Source: Batkoa obscura (taxonomy: Eukaryota). From it: DNA of 64,000 bases. Each line of letters begins with the position of its first letter. The first letter of the stretch is position 1. The stretch spans positions 806,001-870,000 of the forward strand of contig JASVEC010000011.1 in the NCBI GenBank assembly GCA_030770535.1, read 5' to 3'. A program made the translations under genes and the position numbers. The notes under the pieces were generated by a model, which was given only the letters and a program-made list of their open reading frames with translations, was not told the DNA's origin and did no database searches. Shown piece after piece: positions 25,996 to 39,809 of this stretch.

Positions 25996-26584
25996 TGTGA
26001 AAGTTGATACTCAAGGGTCGGAGTTAAAAGCTACTCTTGGTTAATTAACTTGCCTTGAGTCGAACGGTCTTAGTTTATGTAACTAAGATAGACTTAACTT
26101 AATAAGAATAGTATGCAATAGGCTATACGAAAGCCGGTACTCAGTAGTAGAAGTTAAAAGCTACTCTTGGTTAATTAACTTGCCTTGAGTCGAACGGTCT
26201 TAGTTTATGTAACTAAGATAGACTTAACTTAATAGAAATAGTACGTAATAAGCTACGAATTATGTAAACAAATACAATGGAAGATACTACCGTAAAATCT
26301 ATAAGATGTTGTCAGAAAGACTTAGTGACTTTATTAACGATACGTTATCAGGGAGTAATCCAATTAAAAAGCCTCGAGTTATTATGTTGAAGAATATCTT
26401 TTATACTCCAATAAGTATGGATATTAAAAGGAGATAATATTGTTTGCAATATGAAGTTATAAATTCTCGCAGCAAATCAAAATAAGGGACTCTGAATTGA
26501 TTGTGTTTGAACTTGAGAATACAACAACTTAAGTGATTGTTGTGTTATAATCAATCCGAGAGCTAAATAAAGCAATATTTCACA
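25996..26584 (-). mobile_element. Element B, inverted copy with a 130-bp terminal duplication
   Basis: Termini TGTGAAAG..TTTCACA, flanks GTTG/GTTA; 25996-26125 repeats the start of 26126-26584. Confidence 0.8.
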
Positions 26585-27037
26585 GTTATATAAACTAAGA
26601 TTTTTTGAATTATAACCAGTTAATTAAACAAAAACTGCTTTTTAACTGTAATTACTAAAAACCAACTTTCACAGTTTTATTATAAAATTTTATAAACCCT
26701 GGGTTATTGTAAATAGTTGTTAGAATTAATGTAAATGAATTACAATGTTTATATAATATGTTTTTCTTCATTATATTAGAATTTTTAAAAGTTCTATTTT
26801 AAAGTTTAGTTATAAAAACTTGCATCTTGTTTTTATTTTAATAAAAAATAAAATAAAATAATTAAATGTTTAATAAAAATAATATAAAATGTTTAATAAA
26901 AATAATATAAAATGTATAAATAAAAAAATTTAACTTTAAGCTTTTTAAATAAATTTTGAAACTAATTTAAATATTTTTCTATTTGTTTTTTTACAAATTA
27001 AAAAAACAGAAAAAACAATTAATTAAAGCTTTTACAA

Positions 27038-27243
27038 TATGGGGATGTTCTTTTTGGCTTCATCACTTCTTCCATCTTTTAAGCGCTATTTGAGCGGAAA
27101 GATTTAGTAAAATTCTTTAACAGAAAAACACATCTCCATATGGGGGTGTTTTTTTTGGTTTCATTATTTTTTCCAATTTTTAAGCGTTATTTGAGTGGAA
27201 AGATTGTTAGTAAAATCCTTAAATAAAAAAATACATCCCCATA
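27038..27243 (+). mobile_element. Head-to-tail dimer of MITE family A
   Basis: Two consensus copies joined by CCA-TA-TGG (one shared TA at 27139-27140). Confidence 0.85.
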
Positions 27244-27246
27244 TTT

Positions 27247-27350
27247 AAAAAAAATAGAAAAAATAGAAAAAAATAGAAAAAATAGAAAAAAATAGAAAAA
27301 ATAGAAAAAAATAGAAAAAATAGAAAAAATAGAAAAAACAGAAAAAATAA
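27247..27350. repeat. (AAAAAATAG)n-type minisatellite
   Basis: About 10 units of TAG followed by 6-7 A, between MITE copies. Confidence 0.85.
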
Positions 27351-27395
27351 AATTTTTTAGAACTACGAAATAAAAGCTTTATAAATAATGAATTA

Positions 27396-27500
27396 TATGG
27401 GGATGTGTTTTTCTATTTAAGAATTTTACTAACAATCTTTCCGCTCAAATGGTGCTTAAAAGATGAAAAAAGTGATGAAACCAAAAAAAACGCTCCCATA
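27396..27500 (-). mobile_element. MITE family A copy
   Basis: Reverse complement of consensus, TA flanks. Confidence 0.85.
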
Positions 27501-30217
27501 TGCTACCAATTAGCAATAGATGTATTTTTTGGATGCGGTTTACATGATAAAAAAAATATCCCAATGGTTTATCAACTGCTTATACAACCAATTACTATAA
27601 TCTCTTTAGTATTAGTCTTGTTCAGAAGTCTCTTCTAACTCCAGAGAATCGAATTTAAGTTTCGAATTTATAAATCTATTTTCACTCAATTATTTCAAAT
27701 ACATTGATTCATTTTTACAGCTTTAAAGGTTGAACTTTTGTATAAGATATTTTATCTGATAAAGTTGAAAAAAATAGAAAATCCATTTCTTATCGTTTCA
27801 TCCTCCCTTAAACAAATGACTTAAGTTAATCTGAAAGACAAGCACGTCTTAAATCTGATAATTAGATCTTTCAATGATCGGCGTTAATACGTTTTTTGTT
27901 TTTTCCACCTGAAGTGATTATTCACTCGCAATCTATAAAGTTTAATGAAAATTATTCTTTTTTATAATAAAGTATATACTTCTTCTTCTAGGATAAGTAT
28001 ATCATAAAAAGCAGTCGTAAAATAAATAAATGTTCAAAGTATTCTTAATTGATTCTTGATATTTTTCATTTTTTTAAATATAGATTATTTAAACATTTTA
28101 TAGCATTTTTAAAAAATATAATAAAAACATAAAGAAAAAGGACTAATTTAAGCATTACTTTATAATTTTTTTATAATTTATCTCAATTCAAGTACTTCGA
28201 TTGCTAAAAGTAGCCTGTATAAACAATATTTTAAATATTAAATTTTGAAATATTTTTAAAACTTGATAAGATAAACATTGTTTCGTGTATGGCTTTTAAA
28301 CACAAAAAACCCGATTACTATTTATATTAGTTCATCAGCTTTTTTTCTTATCCCATTTTTTACAAAATTGAATAGATTTATATTTGTTGATTTAAAATAT
28401 AGTAAGCTTCCTTAAAATGACCTGCATGTCATACGTTTGATAAATATTAAAAATATTATCAAAGCATTTGAGGGTTTATAAAACTGCTTCCAGTTAAATG
28501 CCTTTTGTTGTTTTTAGTTTGTAGTTAAATTATCTTAATATGAATTTGAGAATATAAAAAAGCTGTAGTCCTTAAGTTCAGGCTAAAAAAAATCTGCTAC
28601 AAATTTAAAACATGAAAGATAATTAGCTATAAGCTACTCTACCCTTTCAAGGTTTTAAAAAAAAATAGTAAGCTTGAAAAATCCTTAGTTCTTTTTATTT
28701 AATAAACTATAAATAAATTCTAGTTTCAAATAATGCCAATTTTAGGTTATAATAAATGATACATAAAATCTACATAAAGTAATGTTAATAGTTGATACTT
28801 GAATATATTATTAATTGCTTTTACAGCTAACTCGATTTTCTATTTTTAGCAACTTTCGGGTATCTTCTTTGCTATATCTGGTTTATTCGTTGTTAAAAAT
28901 TTTCAGGGATAGGGTAGCATAAATATTAGCGCCATATGTTTTTTGGCTAAAAAAAGGTAGAAGCCGAAACTGTGAAATTTACTGGCTCAAAGCAATTTCA
29001 AGAACCTTTTTGAAATTCCTATTGTTCCAGCTCTTTTGCAACTTTATTAGCAGCGTTTTTATAGTTAAATTATTTGTACAGTAATTTCTTTACAGTCTAA
29101 TTCTTATATTTTAGCTAAATTCAACAAAAAAATTCTTAAATGAATAGTCAAGTGGTCGAAAAAGAGTTGTAACGATTTTATTTAACCAGTGCAGCTTCTT
29201 AAATCACAATTTTATACCATCCGGCTCAAATCTCCAAGCTCAGTTTATTGCCATTTTTAAGACGCTTTTATTTTTTTATGTTTATAGAATTGTTTCAATT
29301 GTATTTAATGTATACTTGTGTTTATGATTTTTCCACTTCTAGTTTTAAATAAACTGAAAAAACTATCCTACGAACTTGTTGCTTTTTAAATATTAAAACT
29401 ATAAAATTAAAGCTGTTTATTTTTTATAAGAATGAGCTTTTGAGTTTAAGGTTATATTTATAATCAAAAGATTTAGTTATCTACGATACAAGGCAATATA
29501 TAACAGTTGTAACCATTTAAAATTCTAAAGATTAGATAAATTCATTTAGTTATTTGTAATTTTAACCACATAGGACAAGCAGGTGTTTTTTAATATGATT
29601 TTATATCATAAGAAAACTATCAAAAAACTATCAAAAAACTGAAAATAAAATATTTAAAAATAGCACATACACCCAGCTTCAAAAATAGCAACTTTGAAAA
29701 AATAACACATCATCATTAATAAAATTTTATTGTCACACAGCTTATATTAAAATTTTTTATATTTGACGAGCCTGCTTAAATAATAATAGATCATATCAAA
29801 CTATAGCGTATTAAAAATATTAAAAGTGCAATCTAGTAATTTTATATATTATGAAAGATCATACTTGTCCTGTTTCTAAACTGTATACAAAAAGGCATTA
29901 TTTAAAAACTAAGGCTACAGCTGTGTTAGTTAATTTAAAGTTTTACAAACAATAATAAAAGAAAGCTTTTTTAAAATGGCTAAAACGAGTATAATGAATT
30001 ATTGTAACATGTGTAAATGTCAAATTAATATATATTTAAAAGAGCAATATTTTATTTGAAATTCCACTGGTAGGGTAAAAGATATTAAATAAGTTTTGAT
30101 TGGGAAATGTGAGCAAAATACCAATAAAAATTTTAAGCAAAACTTTTCGAAAGGAAAAAGCTTCAATTTTGTTTGAGATACATTAAGGTATTTGAATGAA
30201 CTCTAGAAACCTTTGAG

Positions 30218-31908
30218 TCAATAATTTAATATTAAAGTCATTTTGGCGCTCCCAGAATCTGGAGTGAAGGAGCATTCAACGACCATATCCATTTCATCTG
30301 TCATTTGAGCTACCATAGAATCATCAACATGAATTCTGATACCTTTTTGGGTAAGTCTAGCAATTCCAGTAATTGCTGAAGGTTGTAGCTGTAGTTTAGC
30401 TGCAAGTTTGTCTATCAACTCCTGTACATTCAATCTTTCTAAGTAAATTGCACGATAAACACTTTCATTTAAAAGTTTTACAAAAATACATAATAATGGC
30501 TTTGGTTTACGGAGATGTGGGATGTATGTTGGATCAACATCAATCAAATCAGGTATTTCAGTCCCAGCTAACGTGTCAAAACGACGTTCTTTAATCATAC
30601 CATTTTCGAGCATTTGGCCAATTTGCAGTTGAGATTGAGCTTCGATCTCTTCTTCGGTTGGTGGAAATGTATACTCCTTTTCAGATTCTCCAACTTCATT
30701 CGTATAAAGGCACTCACGAAATTCAGTAACTTGGCTGACTGGGGAGTACATAGCAATAAATGGATTATCTTCCATACTTTTACCTTTCATTTTTTCCCAA
30801 ATTTTTTCAAGGTGTCTTTGATCGTCTTTATTTTTTCTCTCAGCACCTTTATCTCTAAACAACTTAATTTTTGCAAATGACCTTTCGATAACAGCTCCCT
30901 TTTGACTAAATCTATGGGTGACATGTACTTTCATAGGGATTCCTTTAACGCCTTTAATACGCGAAAAATCGGTTGATAAGCAGTTGAATCTTAACAAAAT
31001 TCTGGCTCCCTTTTGGCCATTCCAAGTGAAGGTAACTCTGTCAAAATGCTTTAGATTGGTATCGTAAGCGCCATTTGAACCACCTTTATCCATGATCAAT
31101 GCTCTGGCACCACGTGGGGACGGTTGCTGGCTAAGCCAAAATCCCCAATAAGTTCCAGCCATACGACGGTGAGCCTCATCGTAAAACATGATGACGATGG
31201 TGGATGTGATTTCCCCATCATACTTTTCACGATCATAAAAATTGATTGGGTAATATTGACCTAAAAAATTTTGTTAATTTTTTTTCGTAAAAATAGGATA
31301 GTTTAGTTTACCCTTGTTGAGGTAGGTTAAAGGCGCATCCTCAGATTTTTGAGCAGCAGCTGTTTGAGCTTCCAAGATGACTTGAAAACGTAAACTCCTA
31401 GAATGATTTATTTAGTTACGTAGAGTAATAATAAATATTGATCTTACGAAGCATAATGCATCGAATTATCTGGCGAGCCGGCACCAGCTGAGGTATATTT
31501 TGCTTCCGCTGCCTCACGGTATTGAATCTGGGTATTTTGATGAGATGGTAAGGTATGAAAATTGGTTGCAGGAGCAGGGGTCTGTGGATGTGCTTGGTCC
31601 ATCATTTGCTGGTTATGGAAGCTATGTGGAATATATCTGGGCATATTAAACTCGTTGTTCTGTTCTGACATACTCATGGGTAACTCTTGACGTTGCTGAG
31701 ATAAGTTGGTACTGGCATTAATCATATTCTGGCCTTGGTGAGAAGGATACATTGAATTCTCACCTTTAATATAAGCCGTTTGCCTATTATCAAAAGAATT
31801 AAAGGTATTATGTGCCATAAGATGATTGTATTGGACAGGATTGTTGAAGTTATGTCCGTTGTATTGGAAGCCTGACTGCGAGGTTTGATGTTCTTTCGAA
31901 TAAGACAT
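30218..31908 (-). CDS. CP2/Grainyhead-like transcription factor (3 exons)
   Basis: Gln/His-rich N-terminus; CP2 domain ILEAQTAAAQKSEDAPLTYLNKG-QYY, RFNCLSTDFSRIKGVKGIPMK, KIKLFRDKGAERKNKDD; C-terminal ubiquitin-like fold (YRAIYLERL..VDDSMV). Confidence 0.92.
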
Positions 31909-34900
31909 AGTTTATTGCTGTGTTGTAATTTGGTTGACTGTATATACTGAGTGTTTAAGTAGATTCTTAAATTGCTTTGCTAACAAGTTAGATCAAGTTA
32001 TATAAATTTGTGCTAACAAGGTGATAATAACGGTGTTAAAGTTGTCCTCTTAATTCGAGAAAGAAGTTTTGTAAATAAATAAAAGCCAGTTATTTTTAGT
32101 TGAAAATTAGCAACTGTTGATAAATTATATAACACAAAAATTTGTAAAATCAAAAAAGCTAAATTGAAAAAAGCAAGAACAATCAAGAAATGCTTAAATA
32201 CTAATCTCAGCAGGCTACTTTGGGGGATGGCTTTTCAAAAAAGTATAAAATTAAAGGGACGATTCATAAGCGAATCATTTTGGTCAAATTTTCATTTTTT
32301 AGTATGATTTTGGAATATAAATAAAAAGGGAGTGTATTATGGAGCAGACATAATTTTGATTTCTTATTTGATCCTTATCTCACATATTTATTATGACCAT
32401 AAGATCTTTTTCAAGTTCTAACTATTTTTGGCATAACTTAAGATTTAATCAAGTTATTTTAGCTATATTAGGCCATAACATTCCATATTTTATTGCACTC
32501 AGTCCTAATATATGAATATATGCTGCTCAATTCTTATAAATCATTCTATTTATATTTAATTTATAATTATGCTCAAATGAAAGCTATATCATAAGACTAG
32601 TTAATAGAATATTTTGATCTGCATCAAAGTGGTACATTTCACTTCTTTCTCTATTTTAAAGCTATTTAATATTTAATATATTTATAAAACAGGCTTTTCA
32701 GTATTCGTTTAAACAATTTATTTTATAAAATTCGACAATTAATGCTCAATATTTTCCATCAGTAATGTGGGTTTTTGTTGGGTGGTATAGCTATGAAAGA
32801 ATAAAATATTATTAAAAGTAATGAATTTTCGCCACAACTCAAATTTAGGTTTTTTCCGTCTATTTTATGTTTTCACAATGCATATGAATGTTATATACCC
32901 CCCTTCCATATTTTAATTAGTTCAATGTTTTTACGGTTATCAATCTGCCATTCAATACATAAAAAAATTCAATTTTGTTAATACCTAAATAACTTTATTT
33001 TGTTCTCCTCAATATAGATACATATTTCAAGTATGTTTTCATTATAAATTAAAATTACAAAATACAATTATAAAATCCATAAAATTGAGATTAAGTTACA
33101 ATATCTCATTATGATAATTTTTTTTTTGATCCCATCATTATTTAATTCTATTACAAATAAGCAACTAATTTTCCTTTGACAAGTGAAACCTTAGTATTAC
33201 ATCCCCTTTAACATTACTTTTTTTACTCAATATTTTATTTATTTTACAAAAAAGGGAATTCAAAATTTCACTCTAATTCACCTGTGATTAATTGGATCAA
33301 ATTATCCCTTTCGGTGTAATTATTTATTTATAGAACGTTTAACCAACTACGCTTATTTATAATATTTTCATTTTTATTAATGGGCCAATCAATTAAATCA
33401 ATGAGTTCATTAGTAAGTGTAAAAATTCTTTTTTGAACCATAGTAATAGTATAAGAGAATATTATACAATCTATTATCTTCATAAAAGCATACATAATAA
33501 ATGCTTGTAGGAATATATTAATATATTAAATTTTAATAAAAATACATAAATTGAACTATAAACCTGAAATTTGAACTTGGGCTCTAAATTCAAGTTCCAC
33601 TTAGTAAAGACGATTAGTTGTTAAGAAAATTCTATATTTTATACACTCGATTTAGAAGTATAGGCACAGTATTTTATTACCTGATATGCTATTAAGTCTA
33701 GGTTAAAATTTATACGTCGTAGTTTGACTAATATGTGATTTTGTTACTTTTAGTAAATAATTAAGTCATTTCAATACAACATAAATTACTATAAGTTCAT
33801 TTGAATACTCACATTACTATTGCTACGTTAAAATCCTCTTCTTTAGGCTTTAATTTAGTTAATTAATAGCAATTAACAAACGTTCCTATCTCATCAATAT
33901 TTCAAGTATATAAAGTAATTATAATATTTCTAAAATGCCACATTAAGCTTCAATCTTACATCAGTTCTTTAGCTATGATAAGACTATTAATTTATTGGAA
34001 ATCAACAATCTTCTATTTATAGTTTTAATAACAAAAAGAACCCACTATACATTGACACACTTTACTATTACATTAAAATAACTAGTGCGCTTTATCAATT
34101 TAACTATTAACTCTAATATAACTTATTAAGGATTTAGCAAATCAAAGTGAGGCCAAATTCATTTCGCGATGTTGTCTTACTGGATTTAAATACATGTAAA
34201 GTTATTCTTTACATTATTAATAATATTAAATCTTCCTTTTATATTTTACTTCCTTTAGAATGGCTTAATGTAATTACCTCTTATTCTACCAGGCGTATAT
34301 AACCTCAATTAGAAATATTATCATCATAATAATAAAGAAAATGCGATTTTTGAGATGGCATAAAATTCTTAGGAGCTTAATAATACATTATCTTGTTTTA
34401 TATTTATTGATTTTAAATAAATAAGCTTAAAATAGCTGAATAAACATTTTTAGCATTAAATTATAGTTTTTATTTCTTTATACTTTTATTTTTTAAATAT
34501 TTTTAGTATACTAAAATCTATAATATAGAAACTTTACATAGTATAGTAGTCTGGAATTATATTTTTCAATAACTTAAAAGTGATGAACTTTAAAGAGTGA
34601 AACCTTATACATAAAAATCAAGTAACTAAGTGGTTTTATTATCTATTTAGAAGAAACAATAGTAATCTAAAATTGACGTGTATTAGCATAACTGGAATAT
34701 TTATAGCCACTCTTACCCAACTTCCACTTTTAAAATTAAAATCTGTTTTAGTGTAAAGTGTAAAAGTAAAAATCATCAAGCGTAAATTTTTGCATTGGCA
34801 TAATGTTATATTTAAAAATAAATAATAAATATAACTCTTATTTAAAACATCTGTGGTACCTTTAAAATTGACTTACAAAACTCCCCACTGGAAAATATAA

Positions 34901-35612
34901 ATGCATTTGATTTTAAAAATAATGAAAATGCAACGCACCCAAACACTTCAATAAAGTGGAATAATGAGTGGGTGAAGGCATTTTTTGTGTTAAAAGATTT
35001 CATAAATAAAAGCAAAAATCCAAAAAAAAACATTCTATTTGAAAGCACTTTGACTAAATTTAAGTTTAGGTTTTAAAGCCCCAACAACATGCACCAACAT
35101 TAAAAAAATAGCGTTTTCTGAAAAGCTATAGTTTGTGTGATATTATCCAAGCATAAATTAAAAAATGTGGTATGTTCTTAAAATTTTCAAATTAAAGTTT
35201 TCATTTTTAGGGTGGGTGTGTCGATTATGAAGGTTGGGTGGTTAAATGTAATTTCAGCGAGATGGGCTAAGGGTGCTACAGTCAACTTTTTAGTAAGTCT
35301 CTAATACTATAATACTATTCTTATCTGATCTTTATTGTTTCATTTCGGATACTTTATTTAAAATTTATAAATAAAGTAGATTCCTTTTTAGATTTTTTAA
35401 AGACTTAACGATATAACTAAAAATAAAAGGGTATTTATTATTTAACTGTTAAAACTTATACATTAGCTTAAAGATGATAAATTCGCATGTTAAACACCAC
35501 TATTATTTTGTTTTATTACTTGGGTTTTAATTTTAAATGTGAATTTATGGGGATTTTACCAATTATTAGTGATAATAGATAGAAACCCTCATATTTATAA
35601 TTGATCTTAATA

Positions 35613-35716
35613 TATGGGGATGTATTTTTGTGTTTAATAATTTTTTAACAATTTTTCCGCTCAAATAGCGCTTAAAAGATGGAAAAAGTGATGAAACCAA
35701 AAAAAACACCCCCATA
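35613..35716 (-). mobile_element. MITE family A copy
   Basis: Reverse complement of consensus, TA TSD. Confidence 0.85.
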
Positions 35717-36264
35717 TAAACAAAATAATATAACGAAACCTCTTTAAACAATTATGATTTTAGAAAGCAAGTTAATAATTTGACTTTAAAAGCTAGCTCT
35801 AAACCAGTTTGAAAAATTGTAATAAGTGTTAGTATTCATATATGGTTAGTTTTACAATGTTAAATCAAAGCAATATTAACAGTATTTTCTGAAAACACAT
35901 TGGAAATATATTTATTAAAAGTAACAAACAAGATAGAAGTTAATAAAAAACCCATCTTTTTTTTAAAATAATAAAGCAATAACTATTTGTAAATTATTAG
36001 ATAATTTATTCGAACATTTTACTTATGGGTGCCATATCTTAGGTTTTATAGTATACTGTTTGATTTTAACTATGCTGGAAGAAGAAAAATTATTGTCTTG
36101 ATGCTACTTACCGTGGATGTTGGAAAAATTAAAAGGCAGTCATATAGCGATTGACAATATTACTGCAATGTGATATTTATTAGTATTACGTTAAATTCAT
36201 CAAAAATGGAATATTTTAATCTAATGAATCATTGTTTTTGGCAACAGAGATTAGAGATATACTA

Positions 36265-36364
36265 TATGAGGATGTACTTTTGTGTTTAAGAATTTACTAA
36301 TAATTTTTCCGCTCAAATAGCGCTTAAAAGATGGAAAAAGTGAAGCCAAAAAAACACCCCCATA
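36265..36364 (-). mobile_element. MITE family A copy
   Basis: Reverse complement of consensus, TA TSD. Confidence 0.85.
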
Positions 36365-37127
36365 TCTTTTGATAGGTTTATATACTTAAATTTGATTGTA
36401 TAGGAAGTTACGTGAATGTTTGATATGTATGTTACTTAATATTAGTAAAATTTAAACTCAGCTTTATTAATTTAAATTTTAATACAGCCGGTCAGTCCCT
36501 CATTTTTTATATTGTAGAAATAACTTTGATACCATAAAGTATCGTTTTTTCTTGAACTGTTATTTGAATTTTATGAGCGAGTACCTTTAAACAAGTTAGA
36601 CATCGTAATCCCTTCCTAAGGTATCTATTTTTATACTTTTGGACCTGGCGCTTGGCCGTTATATTGCGCTCTTATCTAATGAGGAAATATATTAATTGCA
36701 TATGGATAGTAAATTATAGCTACTAGCTTTTAATTTGGAAATTTTAATACTTTAAATCTTATTTCTTCATCTAAAGTTTTAGTAATTGGATATATTTTTT
36801 TGATTCCTAATAAATTCAGAATCATTATCGCTGCTGGAAGCTTTTAAAATTAGATCTAAATTGTCAAAGCGCCTGTCCTATAGCTTTGAAATATCCTCAA
36901 TTAATTAGTTGATGATATTATATGATTGACTTCCTCTTGTACTAACTAGGCTTTTGATCTTCGCCCAGCTCCTTATTTTTTCTCAATAATAAATCACTAC
37001 TGATTTAATAAATAGTAGAGAAGAGTTAATTAAAATATGAATAAACTAAAAATGAAATATAAAGTATCATGAAAATATGATTTTTTACTAATGACTATAA
37101 CTACTTAATAAACTAATATGCTTCCAT

Positions 37128-38451
37128 CTAGGATAACATTGGAATGATTTCCAATTCCGTAAAAAAGATATTATTCATACGATATTTGATAGGTGCAACA
37201 AGTAACAAAGGAGTAGCAAGTTCCCAATCAATATCTACAACCATAGTCATAAAATGAACTTTTTCAATTTTAACTACTTCAAAATTTCGGAAAAAGGATA
37301 AAAAGCATAGAAACTTTTTGAGTGGGGTATGAATTACTTCAATTATAATTTGCCTTATAAAATTATATTTAACCATGTTACAGTTTTTTTCATAAAGGTC
37401 ATCCTTATCTAAGCTAAATTTACAGCACACTGAATCAGTATCAAAGTGTAGATCACTAAAATGAATTGTTTGGATATTAGCTAACAAAGAAGTTAAATTC
37501 AGGAGCTCTTTTAATAAATTTCAAAAAATCATAATTAATTGAGTGTATTGAATTAAAATAGCCTAGAAATATAATATTGCTATCTAATATCAACCTCATT
37601 TTATTAATTTTCTTATCAGCATTATTACTATTATTAAAGGTTACATTAGGTTCAATTAATAAAGGCTCTTTATTCGATCCCTTATCTAGGTAAAGAAATA
37701 TATTCGAGTAGTTTAGCAACCTTACATTTTTCAATTGCTTTAAATTCCCAAAGCACTTAAGACTAAAATATTCAATGCTCCCTTTGGTTTCTAATTCTAA
37801 GCTGGAGCTAAACTTCGTATTAGGATTGTGACTATTTTCACACCAGTTACCAAAAAAATTGGATTGTATATGTAATATTTTTAACTTAGTAAACTCTGAT
37901 TTAACAATATCTAGTTCATCAAGGTTTAAGCCTTTATCAGAGCATGTTTCAAACGATCTCAGTTTATTTGGATTTAAACGTCTAACTATATTAACACTAA
38001 TGTAATCCTCGATAACTTTAAATACTTTGAGCTGATACAAATAACTTTTAAGTATTTCAATTGGTTATAGGTCATAAAATAGCTCTAGATCATAAAAGGG
38101 TCGTGTATGATTAGTCGTCGTTAGTATCATCCTTTTCAACTTTGACAATTCAATTAATTCAAAAAGGTTATTTTCATACAGTCCTACCCATCTACAATCT
38201 ATAGAAACTATATCTGGGCAATAATTCAAATGCTTCACTAATAACCCATTTTCTTTAATAAAATTTTCTTGATAGTCTCAATATTCCCTAAAACTATAAA
38301 CTGAATAAGTTATGTTATGTTTGATAACTTTGTTTGCGACATTGAATAAGTATTTACTTAAAAATCGTAAATTAAATACCTCAACTGGATCCAATAATTT
38401 AAATATATCTTCTAATAAAACCTTATATAAGGATTTAAATTTCAATGGCAT
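37128..38451 (-). pseudogene. Disrupted F-box / LRR-like gene
   Basis: ATG at 38451 gives MPLKFKSLYKVLLEDIFKLLDPVEVFNLRFLSKYLF (F-box-like), then an in-frame TGA and frameshifts. Downstream fragments carry LRR-like motifs (FTKLKILHI, LKQLKNVRL) in two overlapping frames. Confidence 0.55.
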
Positions 38452-39809
38452 TTTAGTATAACTTTAATAAACAGAAGAGTAAAACTAAGTTTTTTCCCTT
38501 TTGTTTGTTTTTATATCCCTATAAACAATATTTCCCATAGAGCATTATATTTTAAATTAAGCTATGGCTGGCCAAATAGCTGTGGAGCCTTACCCAGATT
38601 AGGATAAGCTGACATCATGAAAAAACAGCACTACTTTAGAAAGTACTAACACTATCGTAATGTTTATTTAAAACATATTTTATATTTGTTGTAATTAATG
38701 TGTAAATGATAGTAGTATAAATATGTGCTATTTAAAAACTCTTAAAGAATGAAATAATTTTCTGATTAAAATTATTTATGCATCTAATGTTACCAGTATT
38801 TTAATGCGCACTACTCCATTGAAATAACAACATACATCTTCTACAGGTGAATGGCAATGAAAAGTGGAGATTTAATTGGACTACAAGTGATATTTAAAAA
38901 AAATGGAAATCTGTTAGTAACTTGGTTAGACCTCTCAGTTTATCATATTTATCCATCCGCCAAATATACACTAAATGTTAATGTTTGAAAATTTAATCAA
39001 TTAAAGAAAGTAGCTGGTGTATTGTAAATCCTTAACTTATCGACATACAATAATATCCCAATAATAAAATATAATAATATTGGTAATAATATCTGTCATT
39101 TCTATAACAGTTTACTACTTTAAAGGTTAATAATTGTTTTCAAATTGAGCTAAATTTGCTATTTATGAAATGTTGAAGGTTAGTCAATCAATGCTTATTT
39201 ATAGAGATGATTTATTTAAAAAAATTCAAGTTTACACAAAAAATTATTTTAGAATTTTGAAAAATATAGTAATATTTTTATAAAGAAAGTTAAGGAAGTA
39301 AATTTGATATTGATAGCTATCACCTTTGAAATTCTAGTAATATAGTTTTTATTTATTACAAAAAATCAGATGATAAATCTAAAGTATTAATTGATACATT
39401 TGATGATAATCAACTAGTTAACATTTGCTAACTAAAAAGCTAAGTCAACTATAAACAATTACAATAATTTAGTTTATTGAGATGAATAATAGCTATTAAT
39501 AACTATCAAAATTATATTAACATTAAAATAACAAATTTTTATAGCTAACAATCTCAAACGTTTTTAATTTAATAATAGTTCCAATACCGTTTATTTCAAA
39601 GCAGAGAACTGGAATTCCAATTCAATATTGGCGGTTAAAAGTAGATGAAAATAGGATAATTTTTGTTTAGTAATGATAAACATGTAAATTTAATTATTAT
39701 AATAAAAAAGTAAAAAGTATATATAAATAAACTCATACTACTCAATTTATTATCATAATAATTATAATACTATAAATTGATTACTATACTATCCCAAAAA
39801 AATTAAATA

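Larger units (their letters stand above)
25191..26673 (+). mobile_element. Old, heavily C>T/G>A-mutated copy of the ~460-bp element B, interrupted by two younger copies
   Basis: Pieces 25191-25501, 25963-25995 and 26585-26673 align colinearly with the young copy 25502-25962; ends TATAAAATATTG..CTTTCACA. Confidence 0.75.

Noticed and set aside
27038..27500. Clustered ~100-bp repeats as a CRISPR-like array or ncRNA genes
   Set aside because: Dispersed in both orientations, with TIRs and TA flanks, no unique spacers and no cas genes; eukaryotic context.
28900..29000. Possible tRNA-like sequence
   Set aside because: No convincing cloverleaf or B-box; I recognised no tRNA or rRNA anywhere in the window.
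34660..35300. Weak inverted similarity (AAATTGAC..GTCAACTTT); similar weak case at 29570-29873
   Set aside because: Too degenerate to define ends or a TSD.
35566..35751. Recurrent small ORFs with FKRYLSGKI (also 40946, 60233, 61747)
   Set aside because: They are translations of MITE family A, not a peptide gene family.
38278..38280. In-frame TGA as a possible selenocysteine codon
   Set aside because: Not in a redox motif, accompanied by frameshifts, and no SECIS recognised; pseudogene is simpler.
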